Shown here piece by piece: positions 50,058 through 58,610 of a stretch of DNA of 64,000 nucleotides. This DNA comes from Ulvibacterium sp. GTDB taxonomy: Bacteria; Bacteroidota; Bacteroidia; Flavobacteriales; Flavobacteriaceae. The notes below the pieces were generated by a model, which was given only the letters and a program-made list of their open reading frames with translations, did not search any database and had not been told where the DNA came from. Each line of letters starts with the position of its first letter. Position 1 is the stretch's first letter. Location: contig NZ_OZ245846.1 of NCBI RefSeq assembly GCF_965228935.1, positions 1,264,528 to 1,328,527 on the forward strand, given 5' to 3'. The position numbers were made by a program, and so were the translations under genes.

Positions 50058-50105
50058 TACGTATTAATACGTAGTATTTAATAAAAAATACCTCGAACTA
50101 CGTAT
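50058..50105. promoter_or_regulatory. TACGTATTAATACGTAGTA tandem motif plus a downstream ACTACGTAT copy in the nrtA promoter region.
   Basis: Read directly. 10-bp periodicity between the TACGTA cores. Confidence 0.45.
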
Positions 50106-50259
50106 TTTTATGTGGATGGAAATTCCTCGAATCTAAAAATTGAAAGATGTCAAAAAAAGGACTTGAATATTAATGAATATGAAATCGGAAAGGTTTTGGA
50201 ACTGACAGGAAACGGATACTAAGACTCGGATATACGTATAATTATATATACCATGACGC

Positions 50260-51036
50260 TTAAATACGGGAGTGCAAAACACGGTGTACTTCGTCCTCAA
50301 AGAAGAAAGGGTGCTCTAAAACAACACTGCCTACCACAATGATGCCCGGTTTTGAAATATCTATATTTTGAAACATGGTCTCAACGTTGCCCAATGTCCC
50401 GATGAGGCAACTTTCGTTCTCCAATGTTCCATTTTGAATGAGTGCAACAGGGGTGGATTCTCCCCTATATCTTGTGATTTCACGGGCTATTTCGACAAAT
50501 TTACGAACCCCCATTAAAATCACCATCGTAGCGGACGATTGGGAGGCCAATATCAGATCCTCCGAAAAGGAACCGTCCCTTTTGGTGGCCGTCATTACCC
50601 AGAAACTGCTGGCCGCAACTCTTTTGGTCAATGGAATACCTTGGCCCGAAGGCACGGAAATAGCACTTGATACGCCAGGGACTACCTCAACGGGAATGCC
50701 AAAAGATTCCACATGTGCAATTTCCTCCGAAGCTCTCCCGAAAACAAAAGGATCGCCACCCTTTAAACGTACCACATGTCCATAGGCAAAAGCATACTCA
50801 ACCAGAAGCCTGTTGATTTCCTCCTGTTTGGCATAGTGTTTCCCGTAACGTTTCCCTACGTATACTTTTGGAATATCGTCACTAATACCATATAATAAAT
50901 CAATGTTGACCAAAGCATCATATAGAATGGCATTGGCACTTTGCAATACCCTTGAACCTCTAATAGTTATAAGGTCTTTAGCCCCTGGCCCGGCCCCGAC
51001 CAAGGTGACTTTTGGAGAATTTTGTGATTGTATCAT
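50260..51036 (-). CDS. cobA: Uroporphyrinogen-III C-methyltransferase (siroheme biosynthesis for nitrite reductase).
   Basis: VTLVGAGPGAKDLITIRG...ILYDALV N-terminal SAM-binding signature of CobA/CysG methyltransferases. Confidence 0.85.
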   Translation of the reverse strand: MIQSQNSPKVTLVGAGPGAKDLITIRGSRVLQSANAILYDALVNIDLLYGISDDIPKVYVGKRYGKHYAKQEEINRLLVEYAFAYGHVVRLKGGDPFVFGRASEEIAHVESFGIPVEVVPGVSSAISVPSGQGIPLTKRVAASSFWVMTATKRDGSFSEDLILASQSSATMVILMGVRKFVEIAREITRYRGESTPVALIQNGTLENESCLIGTLGNVETMFQNIDISKPGIIVVGSVVLEHPFFFEDEVHRVLHSRI

Positions 51037-51077
51037 TCCGATTATTTATGGATGGCTTTTACCATTTTTGCAACGAA

Positions 51078-51130
51078 ACTACGTAATTATTTAGATATAT
51101 TCACTTATTAAATACGTAAAAATACGTAAT
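51078..51130. promoter_or_regulatory. ACTACGTAAT plus ATACGTAAAAATACGTAAT tandem motifs in the divergent cobA/nirB promoter region.
   Basis: Read directly. Confidence 0.45.
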
Positions 51131-51161
51131 ATTGTTGTGGAAATAATCAAAGCATGGCACT

Positions 51162-53663
51162 ATGAAAACTGTTATTGTCATCGGAAACGGAATGGTGGGT
51201 TATAAATTTTGTGAAAAATTCGTAGCTCGGAAAACAAGCAAAGAGTTTAGATTACTTGTCTTTGGCGAAGAGCCGAGAGTAGCTTATGATAGGGTACACC
51301 TGAGCGAATATTTTGAGGATGGCGACGAAGAAAAACTAACTCTGGCACCACGGCAATGGTATAAGGAACAAGGTATTGAGCTCTTTACCAATGAGCGCAT
51401 AACGGATATTGAAAGGAAAAACAAAATGGTAACCACCTTGAGCGGAAGGGCTTTTTCGTATGACTTTCTGGTATTGGCCACCGGCTCTGCACCTTTTGTA
51501 CCCCCCATTGAAGGAATGGATAAAAAAGGGATATTCGTGTACCGTACCATAGAGGATTTAGAGCATACCATGAGCTATGCTTCCAATATCAGGAAGGGTA
51601 GGGCGGCTGTTCTGGGAGGAGGACTTCTAGGGCTCGAAGCGGCAAAAGCAGTAAAGGATATGGGGCTTGAACCTCATGTGGTGGAGTTTGCCCCAAGATT
51701 GATGCCGCGTCAATTGGATGCTGATGGCAGTGCGGCTTTGGAACGTAAAATGAAAGAATTGGGCATTTCCGTCCACCTTAACAAGGCAACACAACAAATT
51801 CTGGGTAATGGAAGTATTCAAGGTATGGAGTTTTCGGAGGGAGAAACCCTTCGTGTTGATATGCTGATTATTTCTGCCGGTATCCGTCCCAGGGACGAAC
51901 TGGCCAAATCCTGTAATCTTGAAATTGGTGTCCGCGGTGGGGTTGTTGTGGATCGTACTATGCGTACCTCGGATTCCGATATTTTTGCGATTGGAGAAGT
52001 GGCCCTCTACAAGCAAATGATTTACGGACTCGTTGCACCGGGCTATGAAATGGCACAGGTAGCCGTAGATCAGATTTTGGGTGGTGAGACCATAATGGCC
52101 GAAAGCGTTGATATGTCCACTAAACTGAAACTCATTGGTGTAGACGTTGCGAGTTTTGGCAACCCTTTTACTACGGAAGAAGAAGCCCATGCCATTGTCT
52201 TTGAAAACAAACTTCAAGGACTTTATAAACGAATCAATATTTCCAAGGATGGGAAGAAGCTGCTTGGAGGAATTCTAGTAGGCGATGCTTCGGACTATAA
52301 TATGTTATTACAATTACAACAGAATGAAATGCCATTGCCCGCTAATCCCGAGGATTTGATTTTGGGTGCCCGCAATGGGGAAGAATCCGCCATGGGAAAT
52401 GTTCTTGATTTACCTGACAAAGCGGTGGTCTGCTCCTGTGAATCGGTGACCAAAGGAGATATTTGTTGTGCCGTTACCGAAGAAGGCCTTGAGAGCGTAA
52501 AAGGCATTGCCAAGACCACCAAGGCCACTACGGGTTGTGGTGGATGTAAGCCGATGGTGACGGATTTGGTCACCGAGAGCCTGAAATCTTTGGGCAAGAC
52601 CGTAAAAGTACGGATCTGTGAACACTTCAATTATTCAAGACAAGAGCTATACGATATCGTTAAACTTCGTAATATCCAGGATTATGACGAGCTGCTCGAT
52701 ACCGTTGGGCAAGGAGATGGTTGCGAAGTCTGTAAGCCCGCCGTTGCCGCCATCTTTGGCAGTGTGTACAACGAAACGGCAAACAGACAGGAGACCATTC
52801 AAGATTCCAACGACCGGTACTTGGCGAACATTCAACGTAATGGGACATACTCCGTGGTGCCCAGGGTTGCGGGAGGTGAAATTAGCCCAAAACAATTGAT
52901 GGCCCTTGGGCGTATTGGAATGAAATATGACTTGTACACCAAAATTACGGGAGGACAACGCATCGATATGTTCGGGGCACAATTGCACGAGCTCCCCCTG
53001 ATTTGGGAGGAACTTATCAAGGAAGGGTTTGAAAGTGGTCATGCCTATGGAAAAGCTTTACGGACGGTAAAAAGTTGTGTAGGCTCCACCTGGTGTAGAT
53101 ACGGAATGGACGAAAGTGTGAGTTTTGCCATTGAAATAGAAAACAGGTATAAAGGTATTCGCTCTCCCCATAAAATGAAAGGAGGTGTTTCCGGGTGTAT
53201 TCGCGAATGCGCAGAGGCACGATGCAAAGATTTTGGTTTTATTGCCGTGGAAGGCGGATGGAATGTCTATGTCTGTGGAAATGGCGGTGCCAATCCCAAG
53301 CATGCGGAGCTTTTGGCTGAAAAAGTAGATAAGGAAACAGCAGTAAAATATGTTGATCGTTTCTTGATGTACTACATCAAAACGGCTCCGCCCCTTACTA
53401 GAACGGCAGCCTGGTTGGAAAAATTGGAAGGTGGCATCACCTATTTGAAAAATGTGGTGATACATGACGCACTAGGTATCGCGGAGGAACTTGATCTTGA
53501 AATGCAACGATATGCCGACACCTACAAATGTGAATGGAAAGAGGCTGTGGAAACCCCTGAAATACGGTCGCGCTATACACATTTTGTAAACTCTGACGAG
53601 CAGGACAGCAATATTGAATTTGTACCTATGCGAGGGCAAAAAATGCCCAAGGCCTGGACATAA
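51162..53663 (+). CDS. nirB: NAD(P)H-dependent assimilatory nitrite reductase large subunit.
   Basis: N-terminal FAD fold VIVIGNGMVGYKF and a second Rossmann fold AAVLGGGLLGLE. BFD-like Cys motifs. Siroheme/4Fe-4S region CVGSTWCRYGM ... CIRECAEARC. Confidence 0.9.
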   Translation: MKTVIVIGNGMVGYKFCEKFVARKTSKEFRLLVFGEEPRVAYDRVHLSEYFEDGDEEKLTLAPRQWYKEQGIELFTNERITDIERKNKMVTTLSGRAFSYDFLVLATGSAPFVPPIEGMDKKGIFVYRTIEDLEHTMSYASNIRKGRAAVLGGGLLGLEAAKAVKDMGLEPHVVEFAPRLMPRQLDADGSAALERKMKELGISVHLNKATQQILGNGSIQGMEFSEGETLRVDMLIISAGIRPRDELAKSCNLEIGVRGGVVVDRTMRTSDSDIFAIGEVALYKQMIYGLVAPGYEMAQVAVDQILGGETIMAESVDMSTKLKLIGVDVASFGNPFTTEEEAHAIVFENKLQGLYKRINISKDGKKLLGGILVGDASDYNMLLQLQQNEMPLPANPEDLILGARNGEESAMGNVLDLPDKAVVCSCESVTKGDICCAVTEEGLESVKGIAKTTKATTGCGGCKPMVTDLVTESLKSLGKTVKVRICEHFNYSRQELYDIVKLRNIQDYDELLDTVGQGDGCEVCKPAVAAIFGSVYNETANRQETIQDSNDRYLANIQRNGTYSVVPRVAGGEISPKQLMALGRIGMKYDLYTKITGGQRIDMFGAQLHELPLIWEELIKEGFESGHAYGKALRTVKSCVGSTWCRYGMDESVSFAIEIENRYKGIRSPHKMKGGVSGCIRECAEARCKDFGFIAVEGGWNVYVCGNGGANPKHAELLAEKVDKETAVKYVDRFLMYYIKTAPPLTRTAAWLEKLEGGITYLKNVVIHDALGIAEELDLEMQRYADTYKCEWKEAVETPEIRSRYTHFVNSDEQDSNIEFVPMRGQKMPKAWT

Positions 53664-53739
53664 TTTTCAAGTAAGACACTAGAACCCTTCATTTTAGGAT
53701 ATAGGAATTGTATTCAAAAGTGAGCATAAAAACTGAATA

Positions 53740-54117
53740 ATGATATCAGAACTGAATACCTATCAAGCAACTAAGAAAGAAAAAGTGACGGTTTGGTTCA
53801 AGGCCGCTGAAATTTCCAAATTCCCGAAAAATGGAGGGGCTTGTGTAAAATATAAGGATAAGCAGATTGCGGTATTTAATTTTACCCGAAAAGGAGAATG
53901 GTACGCTTGTCAAAATTTATGTCCCCATAAAATGGAAATGGTCTTGTCTAGAGGGATGATCGGCGGGGAGGGTGAGCATCCAAAGGTAGCTTGCCCTCTA
54001 CATAAAAATACCTTTTCGTTGAAAACCGGTGAAAATCTCAATGGTAGTTTGGACGCTATCGCAACCTATCCCATAAGAATTGAGAACAACTTTGTGTATA
54101 TTGGCTTTTCGGAATGA
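53740..54117 (+). CDS. nirD: Nitrite reductase small subunit (Rieske-like).
   Basis: 125 aa. Motifs CQNLCPHK ... CPLHKNTF. Lies immediately downstream of nirB. Confidence 0.8.
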   Translation: MISELNTYQATKKEKVTVWFKAAEISKFPKNGGACVKYKDKQIAVFNFTRKGEWYACQNLCPHKMEMVLSRGMIGGEGEHPKVACPLHKNTFSLKTGENLNGSLDAIATYPIRIENNFVYIGFSE

Positions 54118-54284
54118 TTCTTAAGGCACTCATAGGTGACAAAGCCTATCATCTTTTTGATGAAGCCAATAGAAATGACTCCCATGGAGAAATATACGAA
54201 GAGCGATTCTATCCCATGGAATTACGCTATGCCATCAGGATGACGGAGACCTTTAATGAATTTGCCTCCGCACAATAATTAGTT

Positions 54285-56129
54285 ATGGAAAGCAAACAAC
54301 AAGCATTGGACATTGCTACTTTCTTAAGGGTAAGAAAGTGGTATCTATTGGCCATTGCCGCTATTGCCCTGACCATAATTGTTGCACAGATCCTGATCCA
54401 ACAACATCTCAATTCGCAATTGAACGATTCCCGTGTTATTAACGTCGCGGGTCGACAACGTGCCCTTAGCCAAAAACTGGTCAAAGAAGCCTTGTTATTA
54501 CAGACTTTGGATTCCAATAAGTTTAGCCGGCAAGAAATCATAAACAATTTAAGCCAGACCCTTTTCACTTGGAAAACTTCCCATAACGGCCTACAAAAAG
54601 GCAATGATAGTATTGGTCTTCCGAGGGAAGGGAATGTAGCCATATTGCGGTTGTTCGCGGATTTGAATCCTCATCATGAGGCTATGGTCCTAGCCGCGGA
54701 AACCATTATCAACGATGGGGATAATCCGGATATGCGCTCCACTTCGCACCAAGAAGAACTACAGGTGCTTTTGGCCAATGAGCAACTGTTTTTGACCAAA
54801 ATGGATGCCATCGTAAACGAATACGATATTCAGAGCAAAGAAAAACTGCAAAGACTCAAATTCAAAGAGTACCTATTGCTTGCTTTTTCATTGTTGATAT
54901 TGTTTTTGGAGGTAGTGTTTATTTTTAGACCGTTGTCCATTCAGATTCGGGAGACCATATCAAAGTTGATACAAAATCAAAAAAAGTCGGAGGCCACCGC
55001 TTTTGAGGTCAAGCGACTTTTTACGGAGAAGGAAAAATCCTTACAACAGTTACAGGAACTCAATTTTGTAATAGACAATGCGGCCCTCTTCGCAAGCACA
55101 CGGAAGGATGGTACCGTGGTCTTCATCAGCAAAAAGTTTTTGGCCCTTTTGGAACGGGAAGATATTCAATTGAACATACCGTTGTCCGAGATCCTTACCG
55201 AGAACCCCGGTCAACAACAGTATCTTAGGGAAGTCTTGACCAGCAAACGCAAGAACATCCGAACCGAGGAAATTAAGATTGAGACAAAAACAGGAAAGCG
55301 TCTTTGGCTGGATATGTCGATTATCCCCATGCACCTATCGAGTTTGGAACAAAGTATATTGATTTTGTGTTCGGACATTACCGAACGCAAGAAAAATCAA
55401 ATGAAAGTTGAGGAGCTTACCAAACAAAACTATGAGGAACGCATGCGTCAAAAGCAATTGCAGGCCAGTCAAATCGTGGAAGGGCAGGAAGAGGAACGAA
55501 AGCGTATTGCCAAGGATATACATGACGGGATAGGGCAGATGCTGACCGCTTTGAAATTCAACATAGAATCCATCAACACGGACCAAAAGGAAAGGACCAA
55601 AGAAAAGATCGCGTATTTAAAAACGTTGACGGCCGACCTTATAAAGGGAGTACGTACCGCCACTTTTAACCTTACCCCGCCGGAGTTGGAAGACCACGGT
55701 ATTTTTCCGGCACTTCAAAAAATGACCATCGAACTAAGCAAACTTACAGGAAAGAATATTTTGTTTGAAAACAAGGCCGGTGGAAGTATTCGGTTCGATT
55801 CCCTTGCGGAAACCAACATTTATAGGGTGACCCAGGAGGCGGTGAATAATGCGATCAAATATGCCGATGCCAATTATATTTTGGTGTCCATCAATTACGT
55901 AGACGGCCTTTTGAGTGTAGTCATTGATGACGATGGCAAAGGTTTTGACTCCTCTATTTTGGACAAGGTGGCCAAAAATAATAGTGAGGGAGGTATGGGT
56001 GTCTTTTTTATGAAAGAACGCATTAATTATATCAATGGGCGCTTGTTTATCAATTCAATACCTGGGGAAGGAACTCGGGTTACCATAAATTACAAGGCAA
56101 GGGAAACGGTATTGAATGGAGTAGACTGA
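54285..56129 (+). CDS. NarX-like sensor histidine kinase: N-terminal nitrate-sensing (PilJ/NarX-type) periplasmic domain, a PAS-like region, and a HisKA_3 + HATPase_c core.
   Basis: Transmembrane segments flank a periplasmic region. VAGRQRALSQKLVKEALL (P-box-like). H-box ERKRIAKDIHDGIGQMLTAL. C-terminal ATPase G-boxes. Confidence 0.8.
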   Translation: MESKQQALDIATFLRVRKWYLLAIAAIALTIIVAQILIQQHLNSQLNDSRVINVAGRQRALSQKLVKEALLLQTLDSNKFSRQEIINNLSQTLFTWKTSHNGLQKGNDSIGLPREGNVAILRLFADLNPHHEAMVLAAETIINDGDNPDMRSTSHQEELQVLLANEQLFLTKMDAIVNEYDIQSKEKLQRLKFKEYLLLAFSLLILFLEVVFIFRPLSIQIRETISKLIQNQKKSEATAFEVKRLFTEKEKSLQQLQELNFVIDNAALFASTRKDGTVVFISKKFLALLEREDIQLNIPLSEILTENPGQQQYLREVLTSKRKNIRTEEIKIETKTGKRLWLDMSIIPMHLSSLEQSILILCSDITERKKNQMKVEELTKQNYEERMRQKQLQASQIVEGQEEERKRIAKDIHDGIGQMLTALKFNIESINTDQKERTKEKIAYLKTLTADLIKGVRTATFNLTPPELEDHGIFPALQKMTIELSKLTGKNILFENKAGGSIRFDSLAETNIYRVTQEAVNNAIKYADANYILVSINYVDGLLSVVIDDDGKGFDSSILDKVAKNNSEGGMGVFFMKERINYINGRLFINSIPGEGTRVTINYKARETVLNGVD

Positions 56130-56149
56130 TTTTTTGTAAAAAATAAAAA

Positions 56150-56515
56150 ATGAAAATACGGATTAAAGGAAACTCGGTACGTTATCGATTGACCAAACCA
56201 GAAGTAGCGGCTTTCTGTCAAAAAGGTCGATATGAGGAAACAACGAACTTTGGCGCAAAAACCCTAATCTATGCCCTTGAGGGCAAAGCGGGAATCAAGG
56301 AATTGGAGGCCGATTTTACGGGGGACACCATTACCCTTTATCTTCCCCAGGAGGAACTCTTAACTTGGGCCGATAACGACCGCGTAGGCTATGCCAATTC
56401 GGTGGACTGGAACGATAGCGGTGCGCTTTCGCTTTTGGTGGAAAAGGATTTTACGTGTTTGGACAATACCATAGAAGATCAATCCGATAATTACCCAAAT
56501 CCAAAACTGTTATAG
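56150..56515 (+). CDS. Hypothetical 121-aa protein.
   Basis: ORF only. Confidence 0.4.
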   Translation: MKIRIKGNSVRYRLTKPEVAAFCQKGRYEETTNFGAKTLIYALEGKAGIKELEADFTGDTITLYLPQEELLTWADNDRVGYANSVDWNDSGALSLLVEKDFTCLDNTIEDQSDNYPNPKLL

Positions 56516-56546
56516 TGGAATCGTTTTGAGCAAATGCTTTCCTAAG

Positions 56547-57671
56547 CTAAGAAATATGTTTTTTATATTCCGTGGGGGTTTGGCCCGTAAATTTTTTAAA
56601 GGCCCGGTTGAACGAGGCTTTGGAATTAAATCCACTTTCAAACGCTATCCCTAAAAGGGTAAGGTTTTGATGTTCCCCCAACCGAATTTTTTCCTGGGCA
56701 GCCTCTACGCGATACATATTTATAAAATCGAAAAAGTTCTTTCCCTCAAGACTGTTGATTACTTGGGACAAATGATTGGGTTGTACCCTTAACCTTTCGG
56801 CCAGGTTGTATAAAGTGAGCTCCTTCTCCAAATAAGGTTGTGTGGTTTTTATCAATTCCAACAAGGCGGCCTGTATCTGTTTGGATCCTTTTGTGTCCAA
56901 ACCGGAATTTCGATACTTCAAGGAATCGGGCTTTGCTATTATTTCTTCCGGCCTTTTATCGGAATATGTATAAGGATGTTGATGACCCATGAATACAGAA
57001 GGTTGATGGAGGCCAAAATACCCCATCAGGAAAATGAATAGACATATGGCAATATGGGCAATTATCCCTCCATATTGCGGGATAACTATTGCCGTAAACC
57101 GATCTAACAATAAACTGGACCCGGCAATGAACCATATAATGAGGATGCCCCAGCTTAGAAAACCGAGCCAACCTAAATTCTTGTGTTCTATATTGGAGAA
57201 AATATGGGCCACACGCGCCTTGTGCCCCCTCAACTTAACCAGTACCAGTACCAGATATACCAAGAGACTCCCCATTTTTAAGATGGTAATCATATTTCTC
57301 AGTAGTGGAACCATTTCAGTACCGGAAAAAATCTGGATCAAAAAAAGAACATATCCTACAACAAATGGTACAAAATGATAGGTATGTTCCCGCTTTAAGC
57401 CAAAACTTTCTTCGGTCAGGGATTGGGTATACAGCCAAAGTAATGGCCCATGGGCAAAAATAGAGACTTCACTGAACTCTAGGATTAAATGCTGCCACAA
57501 CGAGAATGGCACCGTGGCCTCATACAGTACAATAAGGGAAATCAGGTTTGCCACGAACACAATGAGCCAGACCACAAGAATTCGGTTCGCCAAGGATTTG
57601 TTCCTCTTCCCAAGAATCAAAGCTATGATGAAAAGGGTCAAGCTGCCGCTGGCCACAAAGAGGTACTGCAT
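56547..57671 (-). CDS. AraC-family transcriptional regulator with an N-terminal multi-transmembrane sensor domain.
   Basis: C-terminal AraC HTH LLGIAFESGFNSKASFNRAFKKFTGQTPTEYKK. Hydrophobic N-terminal half. Confidence 0.7.
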   Translation of the reverse strand: MQYLFVASGSLTLFIIALILGKRNKSLANRILVVWLIVFVANLISLIVLYEATVPFSLWQHLILEFSEVSIFAHGPLLWLYTQSLTEESFGLKREHTYHFVPFVVGYVLFLIQIFSGTEMVPLLRNMITILKMGSLLVYLVLVLVKLRGHKARVAHIFSNIEHKNLGWLGFLSWGILIIWFIAGSSLLLDRFTAIVIPQYGGIIAHIAICLFIFLMGYFGLHQPSVFMGHQHPYTYSDKRPEEIIAKPDSLKYRNSGLDTKGSKQIQAALLELIKTTQPYLEKELTLYNLAERLRVQPNHLSQVINSLEGKNFFDFINMYRVEAAQEKIRLGEHQNLTLLGIAFESGFNSKASFNRAFKKFTGQTPTEYKKHIS

Positions 57672-57828
57672 GGTTTTTTTATTAAAGGTAGAGATTTGTA
57701 AAAAGAACGAGGGATCACTTTCCAGGATTTCGTCTCATGTCTCAGGGAAAGGGTGCCAACCTTCACGTTGCGGCGCTTGGCATTCCCAATTATTCTTGTT
57801 TTGCCCTTGAAACATAAAATCGCAAAAC

Positions 57829-58584
57829 ATGGATGCCGTTCCGATTGTAAAGACAGAAGCATTGAGCAAATCGTTTAACGAGGGATCAAAAAACCATACC
57901 GGGATTGCCAATGTAACTATTGAAATCAATGAAGGGGAATTTAATGTCATTATGGGGAATTCCGGATCAGGGAAATCAACACTCCTGTATTTACTGAGCG
58001 GATTGGACCACCCCTCACAAGGACAGATTTTCCTGAACAATACCCCAATTCATAAGCTTGGCGAAAAGGCCTTGGCCCTTTTTAGAAGGAACCATATCGG
58101 TTTTGTTTTTCAGGACCATAATCTTATTTCCGAGCTTAGCTTAAGGGAAAACATTCTTATTGTAGGGTACTTGTCCAAACAGGACAGAAAGGTGGTTCAG
58201 ACAAGGACATCCTTACTTCTAAAGGAACTGGAATTGGATGGTCTTGCAGATAGATTGCCCTCTCAAGTCTCGGGCGGAGAACGTCAGCGTTGTGCCATCG
58301 CAAGGGCCCTGGTCAATAACCCTAAGATTCTTATGGCGGATGAACCTACGGGAAGCCTAAATTCCTCAGCCTCCAAAAAGGTACTTTCCTGTTTTAAAAA
58401 AGTTCACGATGAGGGGCAGACCATACTTATGGTCACCCATGACCCGAAATCGGCCTGTTATGGGGACAGGGTTCTTTTTATACGGGATGGAAAGGTGATA
58501 GACTCCCTCAAATTTGGAATAGATGACGATTTGGGAGAACGCAATGAGGCATTGTTACAATGGTTGCGGTCTCTGGGATGGTAA
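57829..58584 (+). CDS. ABC transporter ATP-binding protein (MacB/LolD/FtsE-like).
   Basis: Walker A GNSGSGKST. Signature VSGGERQRCAIARAL. Walker B LMADEPTGSLN. Confidence 0.85.
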   Translation: MDAVPIVKTEALSKSFNEGSKNHTGIANVTIEINEGEFNVIMGNSGSGKSTLLYLLSGLDHPSQGQIFLNNTPIHKLGEKALALFRRNHIGFVFQDHNLISELSLRENILIVGYLSKQDRKVVQTRTSLLLKELELDGLADRLPSQVSGGERQRCAIARALVNNPKILMADEPTGSLNSSASKKVLSCFKKVHDEGQTILMVTHDPKSACYGDRVLFIRDGKVIDSLKFGIDDDLGERNEALLQWLRSLGW

Positions 58585-58610
58585 GAATACCCTAATAAAA
58601 AGAAACGGAC

